A DNA stretch of 51,831 nt from an uncultured Gammaproteobacteria bacterium (GTDB lineage: Bacteria; Patescibacteriota; Patescibacteriia; UBA2196): positions 1-51,831 of the forward strand of contig CAZAVD010000001.1 in the NCBI GenBank assembly GCA_964488715.1. Direction: 5' to 3'. The translations under genes were made by a program, and so were the position numbers. Below are positions 42,428-50,172 of this stretch, in pieces. A model generated the notes under the pieces. That model saw only the letters and a list, made by a program, of their open reading frames with translations. It was not told the origin of the DNA and searched no databases. How positions within the stretch are numbered: the first letter of the stretch is position 1; every line of letters begins with the position of its first letter.

Positions 42428-43837
42428 CTATTTAAAAAAACTCATTATTAAATCTTTCTTCAATGCTTTAAATAAATATATTAATACAAAATATATAAAT
42501 CCACCTAAAACTATAGATATTAATAATCCAAAATTTGTCAAGATTAAAATTAAAAACATCGCAACACTGGCTAGCAAACTTTTCAAACTAACACTAAAAT
42601 TAGTTTTAAAATTAAGTGATTTTTTAACCATAATCCATGATGCGATTAAGATAAATACTTCTATAATACAAGTAATGCTTGCAGCTGCATAAAATGAATA
42701 TTTTGGAATAAAAATAAAATATAAAATTAAAGCCAAAACAGCGGCAAAAATATAATATTTCATCATTTGTTTTTGCTTATTAATCGCTACAACACTAAAA
42801 GTTGATAAATGCGCTAAAAATATTATAACAGTAGCAATAATTAAAATTTGCAAAATTAAAGTTGATGATATAAACTCTGGTCCAGCAACTAAATTAATAA
42901 TTGGTGCAGCTAAAGCAATAGTGCCGAATAATAATGGCCAGATTATAAGCGACAAACCATCAAATGCTTTTTGGAAAATGCGTTTAAATTTTTCTATATT
43001 ATTCTGCGAAAAAGCTTTAGATAAGTGCGGAGAAACCAAGCCCATAAAAATAGCTGGGAATACTATTAAAACTTCTAACATTTTGTATGGCGCGCCATAT
43101 AAGCCAACTGTTTCAGCTGGATGATAAAGAGAAAGAATAATAGTATCAGCTTTAAAATATATCATTGAAAAAATCATATAAGTTGCAACTGGCCATGATT
43201 TTTTCAAAATATTTTTCCAAATTTTTTTATCAAAAGCAAATTTAAAAGGTAATAATTTACGCGCAAAAACAAAATTAATTAAAAAATGAACTGACAATCC
43301 AATAACTACTGCCCATAAAATCGCAAGAAGACCAGCATCCATTTTAATTGCTAAAATAACAATTCCTAAATAAATTAATTTCCCAATAATTTCAGAAATT
43401 GCTATTGCTTTTGTTTTCATTTCTTTTTGAAATAAAGCCACAAGTAATTGATCCATCATCATAACAAAAATAGAAATTGCAATAATTAAAGTGCCAAGTT
43501 TTACAAGCAAAGGATATGGAAAAAGCCAAATCAAGCTACAAGCTAAAATCATTAAAAACAAACCACTTATAAAACGAATAGTAAAAATATTGCTAAAAAG
43601 TTTTTTTTGATCAACATTTTCTCTGCCAAGTTCATTAATTGTAATTAAATATAAACCTAAATCACCAATTATTGAGAAGAAAAATAAATAAGCAAAAATT
43701 GTTGTAAAATGCCCAAAACCTTGTGTTCCTAAATATCTGGCTAATAAACCCAAAATCACTACCCCAATTGCAGAGCCAGTGAATTTGCCAAAAGTATGGA
43801 TTATTGTGTTGAAAGTTATTTTTTTGGTTAAGGACAT
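42428..43837 (-). CDS. MOP-superfamily (Wzx/MurJ-like) oligosaccharide flippase
   Basis: 469 aa with about 12-14 TM helices. N-terminus TIIHTFGKFTGSAIGVV is typical of polysaccharide biosynthesis/flippase proteins. Confidence 0.7.
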   Translation of the reverse strand: MSLTKKITFNTIIHTFGKFTGSAIGVVILGLLARYLGTQGFGHFTTIFAYLFFFSIIGDLGLYLITINELGRENVDQKKLFSNIFTIRFISGLFLMILACSLIWLFPYPLLVKLGTLIIAISIFVMMMDQLLVALFQKEMKTKAIAISEIIGKLIYLGIVILAIKMDAGLLAILWAVVIGLSVHFLINFVFARKLLPFKFAFDKKIWKNILKKSWPVATYMIFSMIYFKADTIILSLYHPAETVGLYGAPYKMLEVLIVFPAIFMGLVSPHLSKAFSQNNIEKFKRIFQKAFDGLSLIIWPLLFGTIALAAPIINLVAGPEFISSTLILQILIIATVIIFLAHLSTFSVVAINKQKQMMKYYIFAAVLALILYFIFIPKYSFYAAASITCIIEVFILIASWIMVKKSLNFKTNFSVSLKSLLASVAMFLILILTNFGLLISIVLGGFIYFVLIYLFKALKKDLIMSFFK

Positions 43838-43845
43838 ATGAACTT

Positions 43846-43888
43846 CCCCGCCTGCGCTCCCTAGTGACTAATTGTCGCTCCGGCGGGC
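43846..43888. repeat. GC-rich hairpin related to the MITE right end
   Basis: CCCCGCCTGCGCTCCCTAGTGACTAATTGTCGCTCCGGCGGGC, compared with GGCTCCTAGTAACCCTGATTGTCGCTCGGGATGAC. Confidence 0.6.
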
Positions 43889-44003
43889 AAGCTTTTGTGT
43901 TTTAAGTTTAACACGATAAGGCAAGCTTGACAAAAAACATAGAATTTGATTAGATAAAGTAATAATTCGCTATACTTTTAAATTTTTAGAAAAGGAGAAG
44001 AAG

Positions 44004-44378
44004 ATGATTGCTCAAGGACTATGGATTACACTTTTATTTTTCGTTTTACTATGGTTTGTGACATTAATTTATTATAATGCCATAAAAATTCCTCGTGTTC
44101 AAAAACAGGAAAAAGAAAAATGGCACAAAAAACCTTTTGTAGATGATATTAACCTTGACGAAAGGTGGGAAGTAATAGGAGGAATTAATTTTATTCCTTT
44201 ATTAACAGAGAAAATTGTTTTGATTTTAAGCAATGAAAAGGGAGAAATTAAAATATTTTTTGGGTATCTACATGATATTAGGTATCATTCAGATTTATCG
44301 AATTATCTTGAAAAAACTTTAAGTGATGGGTTGGTGTTGCATCTTCCTGATGAGAAAAGAAAGAAAGTTAATAAATAA
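44004..44378 (+). CDS. hypothetical membrane-anchored protein
   Basis: 124 aa. AAGGAGAAG Shine-Dalgarno sequence. N-terminal TM helix. Confidence 0.5.
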   Translation: MIAQGLWITLLFFVLLWFVTLIYYNAIKIPRVQKQEKEKWHKKPFVDDINLDERWEVIGGINFIPLLTEKIVLILSNEKGEIKIFFGYLHDIRYHSDLSNYLEKTLSDGLVLHLPDEKRKKVNK

Positions 44379-44408
44379 TTCCCAAATCAAAAAAAATTAG
44401 TTATAATT

Positions 44409-44440
44409 AAGGTGATCCGAAAGGACACCTTATTTTTTTT
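44409..44440 (+). terminator. rho-independent terminator
   Basis: AAGGTG-ATCCGAAAGGA-CACCTT followed by ATTTTTTTT. Confidence 0.65.
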
Positions 44441-44451
44441 ATTAAAAGACT

Positions 44452-44572
44452 GGATCCTTGCCTGCGCAGGGATGACAGATGGAAAAAGCGGGAATGACAG
44501 AGAATTAGATAGGTGGTATTCAACGGGATCCCATCACCCTCGCCCCTATTGGGGCTCGGGTTCGGGATGACA
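44452..44572. repeat. cluster of three GGGATCC../..GGGATGACA palindromic element fragments
   Basis: GGATCCTTGCCTGCGCAGGGATGACA (44452..44477), GCGGGAATGACA (44489..44500), and GGGATCCCATCACCCTCGCCCCTATTGGGGCTCGGGTTCGGGATGACA (44525..44572). Confidence 0.75.
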
Positions 44573-44582
44573 TTCTTTATTT

Positions 44583-46799
44583 ATGTTTCTCTCCAAACTA
44601 GAAATTAATGGTTTTAAGTCCTTTGCTCATAAGGTTGATTTGGAATTTAAGCCAGGAATTACAGCAATTGTTGGTCCAAATGGATCTGGAAAAAGTAATA
44701 TTGCAGATTGCGCAAGATGGGTTTTGGGTGAGCAAAGCTTAAAACTTTTGCGTGGGAAAAAATCAGAAGATGTAATTTTTTCAGGTTCTGATAAAAAAGC
44801 GCGACTAGGAATGGCTGAAGTTTCTTTGTATTTTAACAATTCAAAAGATAAAGCAAATATAGGAATGTCTGAAATTTGTATCACAAGAAAACTTTACCGC
44901 AATGGAGACAGTGAATATTTAATTAATAAACAGAAAACTAGACTGGTTGATATTCACATGCTTTTAGCAAAAGTAGGAGTAGCTAGAACAAGTTATTCAA
45001 TTATTGGACAAGGAATGATAGATAATTTTCTTTTAGCATCACCGCAAGATAGAAAAGAATTTTTTGAAGAAGCTTCTGGAGTTAAGCCATTGCAGATAAA
45101 ACGCGGACAAGCATTAAATAAACTAGAACACACAGAAGAAAATTTAGAAACAGCCACTATTCAATTGCAAGAAATTTCTCCAAGATTAAATTCGTTAACT
45201 AGACAAGTTAAAAGATTGGAACGCAGAGATGAAATAGAAGTAAAATTAAAAGACTTGCAATTTAAGTATTATAGTTCAATATGGAATGAGATTAATAATC
45301 ATTATAAAGAAAAAAATAGTGAATTAAAAAATATATCTAAAAAACAAGAAGAAATTCAAAATAAAGTTGATAAATTTCAAAAACAATTAGCAAATTTAAC
45401 CAAAGATAATGTTAAATCAGATGTTGTTTTTAAATTGCAAAAAGATTATCAAAATATAATTAATAAAAAAATACAATTAAATCAAGAATTATCTGAATTA
45501 AAAATCAAATCTGTTCAAGAAGTTCAAAAACAAGTTGGTCAGAAAAATATTTCGCACAAAATAGGTCAAGAAGTGATAGATATTTTAGAAAAGATAGATA
45601 AAATAAAAATAAATATAAATAATTATTTTAAAAATAAAAATTTTATAGAAGCTGAAAAATATTTTAATGAACAAATAGAATTATTTAATAAAATAAATAA
45701 GATTTTAGAACCATATAAAAGTGAAGAAAAAGTTGTTAAAATAAAAAACAATAATTCAGAGCAAATTATAGAATTAGAACAAGAAATTAAAAAATTAGAT
45801 GAAAAAATTGAAAATATTCAAAATAAAATTAAACAAGAAAATGATAGAGAGAAACAAGATCGTTCTCAAATTTGGAAAATTCAGCAAGATTATCAAAGTG
45901 AACAAAATAAATTAAACTCAATTTCAAATCAAGTCAATGAATTGCGAATTAAATTAGCACGATTAGAAACAAAAAAAGATGATTTAGAGCAAGATATGCG
46001 GGAAGAATTTAATGATTTAGAAAAAATTAAACAAAATAAGGCTAATAAATTATCTGAAGAAAATAAAAGAGAAAAAATTACAGAAATTGGCAAATTAAAA
46101 CACCAATTAGAATTAATTGGTGGTATAGATCCTGAAGTTCAAACAGAATATGAACAAATTAAAGATCGTCATGAATTTTTATCAAACCAAATTAGTGACT
46201 TAAAAAACTCAATGAATGTTTTAGAAAAATTAATTTTAGAACTTGATCTAAATATTAAAAAACAATTTGAAATCAGTTTTAAAGTTATAAACGAAGAATT
46301 TCAAAAACATTTTAAAACTTTATTTGCTGGCGGTAAAGCAAAACTTATTCTTGTTAAAGATGAGTTAGAAGTTGCTGAAGAAACAGTTGACGAAAAAACT
46401 GAATTTGATAAAATTCGTGATCGTTTATCACAAAATATGTATTCTGGAGTTGAAATTGAAGCAACACCTCCTGGTAAAAAGTTAAAATCAATTAATATGC
46501 TTTCTGGTGGCGAAAGAGCAATGACATCAATTGCATTATTATGCGCGATCATTTCATCTAATCCATCACCATTTATTATTTTAGATGAAGTTGATGCTGC
46601 TCTTGATGAGGCAAACTCAATTCGCTACGCAGACATTATTGAACAACTCGCGCATAAATCTCAATTTGTAATTATTACTCACAATCGCGCTACTATGGAA
46701 AAAGCAGATATTTTATATGGAGTTACTATGGGTAATGATGGAGTTTCAGAAGTGTTGTCATTAAAATTAGAAAACGCAGAAAAATATACTAATCGATAA
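44583..46799 (+). CDS. smc: short SMC-family chromosome segregation ATPase (no recognisable hinge)
   Basis: N-terminal head INGFKSF...GPNGSGKSNI. C-terminal LSGGERAMTSIAL...ILDEVDAALD. Only 738 aa, with a continuous K/E/N-rich coiled coil between the heads. Confidence 0.8.
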   Translation: MFLSKLEINGFKSFAHKVDLEFKPGITAIVGPNGSGKSNIADCARWVLGEQSLKLLRGKKSEDVIFSGSDKKARLGMAEVSLYFNNSKDKANIGMSEICITRKLYRNGDSEYLINKQKTRLVDIHMLLAKVGVARTSYSIIGQGMIDNFLLASPQDRKEFFEEASGVKPLQIKRGQALNKLEHTEENLETATIQLQEISPRLNSLTRQVKRLERRDEIEVKLKDLQFKYYSSIWNEINNHYKEKNSELKNISKKQEEIQNKVDKFQKQLANLTKDNVKSDVVFKLQKDYQNIINKKIQLNQELSELKIKSVQEVQKQVGQKNISHKIGQEVIDILEKIDKIKININNYFKNKNFIEAEKYFNEQIELFNKINKILEPYKSEEKVVKIKNNNSEQIIELEQEIKKLDEKIENIQNKIKQENDREKQDRSQIWKIQQDYQSEQNKLNSISNQVNELRIKLARLETKKDDLEQDMREEFNDLEKIKQNKANKLSEENKREKITEIGKLKHQLELIGGIDPEVQTEYEQIKDRHEFLSNQISDLKNSMNVLEKLILELDLNIKKQFEISFKVINEEFQKHFKTLFAGGKAKLILVKDELEVAEETVDEKTEFDKIRDRLSQNMYSGVEIEATPPGKKLKSINMLSGGERAMTSIALLCAIISSNPSPFIILDEVDAALDEANSIRYADIIEQLAHKSQFVIITHNRATMEKADILYGVTMGNDGVSEVLSLKLENAEKYTNR

Positions 46800-47694
46800 T
46801 GTTACTTAAAAATTCTTTTTTATATTTAAATCCATTTTTTTTCATTAATTTTTCAATACCTTTATCAAACTGACTGCCATATTGAGTTGGACGATTACGA
46901 CGCCAAGATAATTCATGTGACATGCCTAAGTTTTCAGATACTATCCTTAAAATATATTTTTGGTGATTATCTTTAGCTTTTAAGCTTGAATCAACTTGCA
47001 TGGCTGCTGCAATTGTTTCTTTAGAAAAAAATGGCACCAACATTTTTAAATTAAAATATTTTTCTAAGGCTAAATCTCGTAAAATATCACCTTGCCACGC
47101 AACTTTACTGATTTGTTCCCAACATAATTTGTTAATATCATTTGTTTTGCGATATTTTTCTCCACCTGCATAAATTTGTTCTGTTCCTAAGCCAGTCATA
47201 AAATATTTTAAACCATCTCTTTTAACCTCAGCAATTGCTTGCCATAAAGCTGCTGCAATACCAACATGAACAGGATCTTGACGCTGAATAACATGCATAA
47301 CTTGCGGTAAAATTTCAACTAGTTCATCTAAACTAGTTTTTTTAATTTTTAAATCCAAATTCAATTCTTTAGCAGCAGAAATTGCCCGTGTTAAATCATG
47401 TGGATCTGCTAAATCATCACAATCTAAAACTGATAAATAACAAGTAAAATCTAATTTTTTTTGTTTAGCTAAAAAAGCTAGTAAAACTGAGTCTATTCCA
47501 CCAGAAAACAAAATACCAAATTTTTCATTTGAAATCCGTTTTTCAAATGCTGTTAAAATTGATTTTTTAACAAGCTCAATTGCTTCTTTTTTATCAGTGA
47601 TAATTGGTTTTTCGTCTGTTTGTTTTTTAATTTCTGCAACAGCATCTAACCAATCTTTTTCTAAATGAATTTTATTTTGTTCTAAATCAAACAT
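46789..47694 (-). CDS. asparagine synthase-like PP-loop ATP pyrophosphatase (no glutaminase domain)
   Basis: SGGIDS PP-loop motif (FGILFSGGIDSVLLA). Length 301 aa. Confidence 0.65.
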   Translation of the reverse strand: MFDLEQNKIHLEKDWLDAVAEIKKQTDEKPIITDKKEAIELVKKSILTAFEKRISNEKFGILFSGGIDSVLLAFLAKQKKLDFTCYLSVLDCDDLADPHDLTRAISAAKELNLDLKIKKTSLDELVEILPQVMHVIQRQDPVHVGIAAALWQAIAEVKRDGLKYFMTGLGTEQIYAGGEKYRKTNDINKLCWEQISKVAWQGDILRDLALEKYFNLKMLVPFFSKETIAAAMQVDSSLKAKDNHQKYILRIVSENLGMSHELSWRRNRPTQYGSQFDKGIEKLMKKNGFKYKKEFLSNIID

Positions 47695-47804
47695 AAAAAC
47701 ATGATCTCTCCCCCCTTTTTTGAAGGGGGAGACTAAGAGGGGGTTAATAAATCCTATTTCATTTTACCATTTTGTCAATGAAAATAAAATTATTTTTCCA
47801 AAGC

Positions 47805-47833
47805 TTGCTTTTTATTTAAAAACATGCTATAAT
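47805..47833 (+). promoter_or_regulatory. candidate promoter TTGCTT-17-TATAAT
   Basis: TTGCTT at 47805..47810 and TATAAT at 47828..47833, upstream of the ATG at 47867. Confidence 0.45.
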
Positions 47834-47866
47834 ATAAATGTAATAAAGTTAATAATATCATTAATT

Positions 47867-48550
47867 ATGCTACATCAAGGTTTAATAGAAAACTTAACTA
47901 AAGAATTAAAAATTGCTCCATTAAGCATTATTCGTGAGAATTTAGAAATAGAGGTTTTAAATGAAATTAGTAAAACCAAATTAACAGATAATTTAATTTT
48001 TTATGGCGGAACTGCTTTGCGCTTAGCTTATAATAGTTTTAGATTTTCAGAAGATCTTGATTTTTTATTAACAAAAAGTTTAAAATCAGACAAAAAAGAA
48101 CTTGAAATTTCGTTAAACAAAGTAGTAGAAAATAATCAAGGTGTAATTTTAGAAGAAGTAATTGAAAAAAGAAATACTCTTTTTGGGTTATTAAAAATAA
48201 ATCATTCTTTATTAAAGCATTCAATTAGAATTAAAATTGAGATTTGCAAAAAGAAAAACGGGGTTAAAAAAGAAAACAAATTATTAATTTCACCAACTAC
48301 AAATTTAGAAGTTATTTTCCCAACTGCTGATTTAGAATCACTTTATAAAACTAAACTTGAAGCCTTAAAAAAACGCGACTTGGCTCGTGATTGGTTTGAT
48401 TTATGGTATTTAAATCAAAAATTAGACAAGAAACAAAAACCAAATAAAAAATTTGATTTTAATAAACAAGAATTTGCCAGAGAGTTGAAGAGATTTTTAC
48501 CGCAAGACAAATGGTCTATTATTCAAACTGTGAACAAGTTTTATGAATAA
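47867..48550 (+). CDS. abiEii: AbiEii-like nucleotidyltransferase toxin (second copy)
   Basis: ATG at 47867. FYGGTALRLAYNSFRFSEDLDFLL NTase motif. RDWFDLWYL. Confidence 0.7.
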   Translation: MLHQGLIENLTKELKIAPLSIIRENLEIEVLNEISKTKLTDNLIFYGGTALRLAYNSFRFSEDLDFLLTKSLKSDKKELEISLNKVVENNQGVILEEVIEKRNTLFGLLKINHSLLKHSIRIKIEICKKKNGVKKENKLLISPTTNLEVIFPTADLESLYKTKLEALKKRDLARDWFDLWYLNQKLDKKQKPNKKFDFNKQEFARELKRFLPQDKWSIIQTVNKFYE

Positions 48551-49130
48551 AACATCTTATTTAAAATTTAAAACCGAATTAGAAAAAACAAACAAGACTT
48601 TTTTTTCTATTAATAATTTGAAAAAGTTTTATCAAAATAAACAAAAAAGTTTACCAGTTCTTTTGTCTGCTTGGAAAAAAAATAATTGGATTCAAAATTT
48701 AGGACAAGGTTATTATGCTTGGAAATTATCAGCAGTTGATTATTTACAATTAGCTAATGTTTTAGATAATACTTCTTACATAAGTTTTGAATACGCGCTT
48801 TATTATTATAATTTAATAGATCAAGTGCCATCTGTTCATACTTTAGCCACAAAAAAAAGAAGTCGCTCAATAAAAATAGGCAATCAAAGTGCTGAATATA
48901 CTCATTTAAAAGATGATTTGTTTTTTAATATTGAATTGAAAAATAAAATTTATATTGCTACACCAGAAAAAGCTTTAATTGATTTAGTTTATCTTATTTC
49001 TCGCGGAAAAAGATCAGTTGATTTAACTACTCTGGATAAAGATAAGATTAATAAAAATAAATTATTAAAAATTTTAAAACAATTTCCTGGTTATACTTAT
49101 AAAAAAGCAGAAGAGTTGGGGTTGATTTAA
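48543..49130 (+). CDS. abiEi: AbiEi-like antitoxin (second copy, downstream of its toxin)
   Basis: SYISFEYALYYYNLIDQVP...IATPEKALIDLVYL parallels the protein from 41808..42386. Overlaps the toxin gene by 8 nt. Confidence 0.6.
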   Translation: MNKTSYLKFKTELEKTNKTFFSINNLKKFYQNKQKSLPVLLSAWKKNNWIQNLGQGYYAWKLSAVDYLQLANVLDNTSYISFEYALYYYNLIDQVPSVHTLATKKRSRSIKIGNQSAEYTHLKDDLFFNIELKNKIYIATPEKALIDLVYLISRGKRSVDLTTLDKDKINKNKLLKILKQFPGYTYKKAEELGLI

Positions 49131-49184
49131 AAAAGTATGTTCCAGGAACATACCAAGTATAAAATAATTTTAGAAAAATAAAAA

Positions 49185-49220
49185 TCCCCGCAAAATAATG
49201 CGGGGGTATGTGTTTTTTAT
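49185..49220 (+). terminator. rho-independent terminator
   Basis: TCCCCGC-AAAATAAT-GCGGGGG followed by TATGTGTTTTTT. Confidence 0.65.
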
Positions 49221-49279
49221 TTCATTTCTCTTTATTTTAAATTGTTAATGTTTGGTATTTGTTATGATTTTAATTCTTT

Positions 49280-49358
49280 TGTCATTCCGACCGAAGTGAG
49301 CGATTAGGGAATTTTAGAGAAGCGAACTAAGTGGAAGAATCCCTTAAATATAGAAAAG
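49280..49358. mobile_element. MITE-like element, copy 4 (left half only)
   Basis: TGTCATTCCGACCGAAGTGAGCGATTAGGGAATTTTAGAGAAGCGAACTAAGTGGAAGAATCCCTTAAATATAGAAAAGG. After this it diverges into the next ORF. Confidence 0.75.
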
Positions 49359-49753
49359 GAATTGCTTCAACATTTATAAAAACAAAAACACGCTATTTTA
49401 GCAATGATAAAAAAGATATATTATCTTTAGCTTCAGCTGATGATTTACTTGAAATATTAGGAGATTATTGGCCAGAGTTTATCAAAAAAAGGTTAGCTCA
49501 AAAAATTCAAGTTAGAACAATTTTGCGCGATACTCCTAAAGCCAGACAAAGGCAAAAATTAGGACCAAAAGAATTAAGAGTAGTTAAAACAATTCCTAAA
49601 AATTTTGATTATCATGGCGCGATTATAATTTTTGGAAACAAGATTGCTTTTTTTTCTTTTATGCAAGATATTATTTCTATTGTAATTGAAAGCAGAGAAT
49701 TAGCTCAAGTCCAGCGAGTAGCATTGGAGTTTATGTGGGAAAATGCAGAATAA
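49331..49753 (+). pseudogene. C-terminal fragment of a TrmB-like regulator, 5' end replaced by the MITE copy
   Basis: The ORF's GTG and first ~10 codons are MITE sequence. The rest (…IVIESRELAQVQRVALEFMWENAE) parallels the C-terminal half of the 3175..3903 product (…VLIESEDLAKTYKNFFLLAWRAAEE). There is no HTH. Confidence 0.55.
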
Positions 49754-49757
49754 ATAA

Positions 49758-50168
49758 TTATGGTAAATATTTTTCTCTTTCTTTTTTATCTTGAATTGTT
49801 TGTTCTAATTTTTTCTTGCCAGTTTTTGCCCATCGCAAAATATAGCCAGACCAAACTAGTCCTCCAATAAACCACAAATACCAAAAAAATGGCATAGAAA
49901 TCCAGTAAGCTTTTTGCTGTCTAAGGAATAATAAAATAAATCCAGCTATAGCCATTACTAAAAACATGTTAGTTAATCTTTGCCATAAATAACTATCTGG
50001 TAAATTTTTTTGTTTTTCTTTTTTGCGTAAAATTAAATGCGCAATCAATGCTGCGATTAATAATAAACTTAAAAAAACATAAAAAAACTTGGCAAAAGTT
50101 GGGGACAGCGTACCAAGTCTTGAATTAAATATAAAATCTAGTGAAAATAATCTTGAAAAATCTATCAT
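49758..50168 (-). CDS. hypothetical membrane protein
   Basis: 136 aa with 3-4 TM helices and a basic C-terminus. Confidence 0.5.
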   Translation of the reverse strand: MIDFSRLFSLDFIFNSRLGTLSPTFAKFFYVFLSLLLIAALIAHLILRKKEKQKNLPDSYLWQRLTNMFLVMAIAGFILLFLRQQKAYWISMPFFWYLWFIGGLVWSGYILRWAKTGKKKLEQTIQDKKEREKYLP

Positions 50169-50172
50169 AAAA

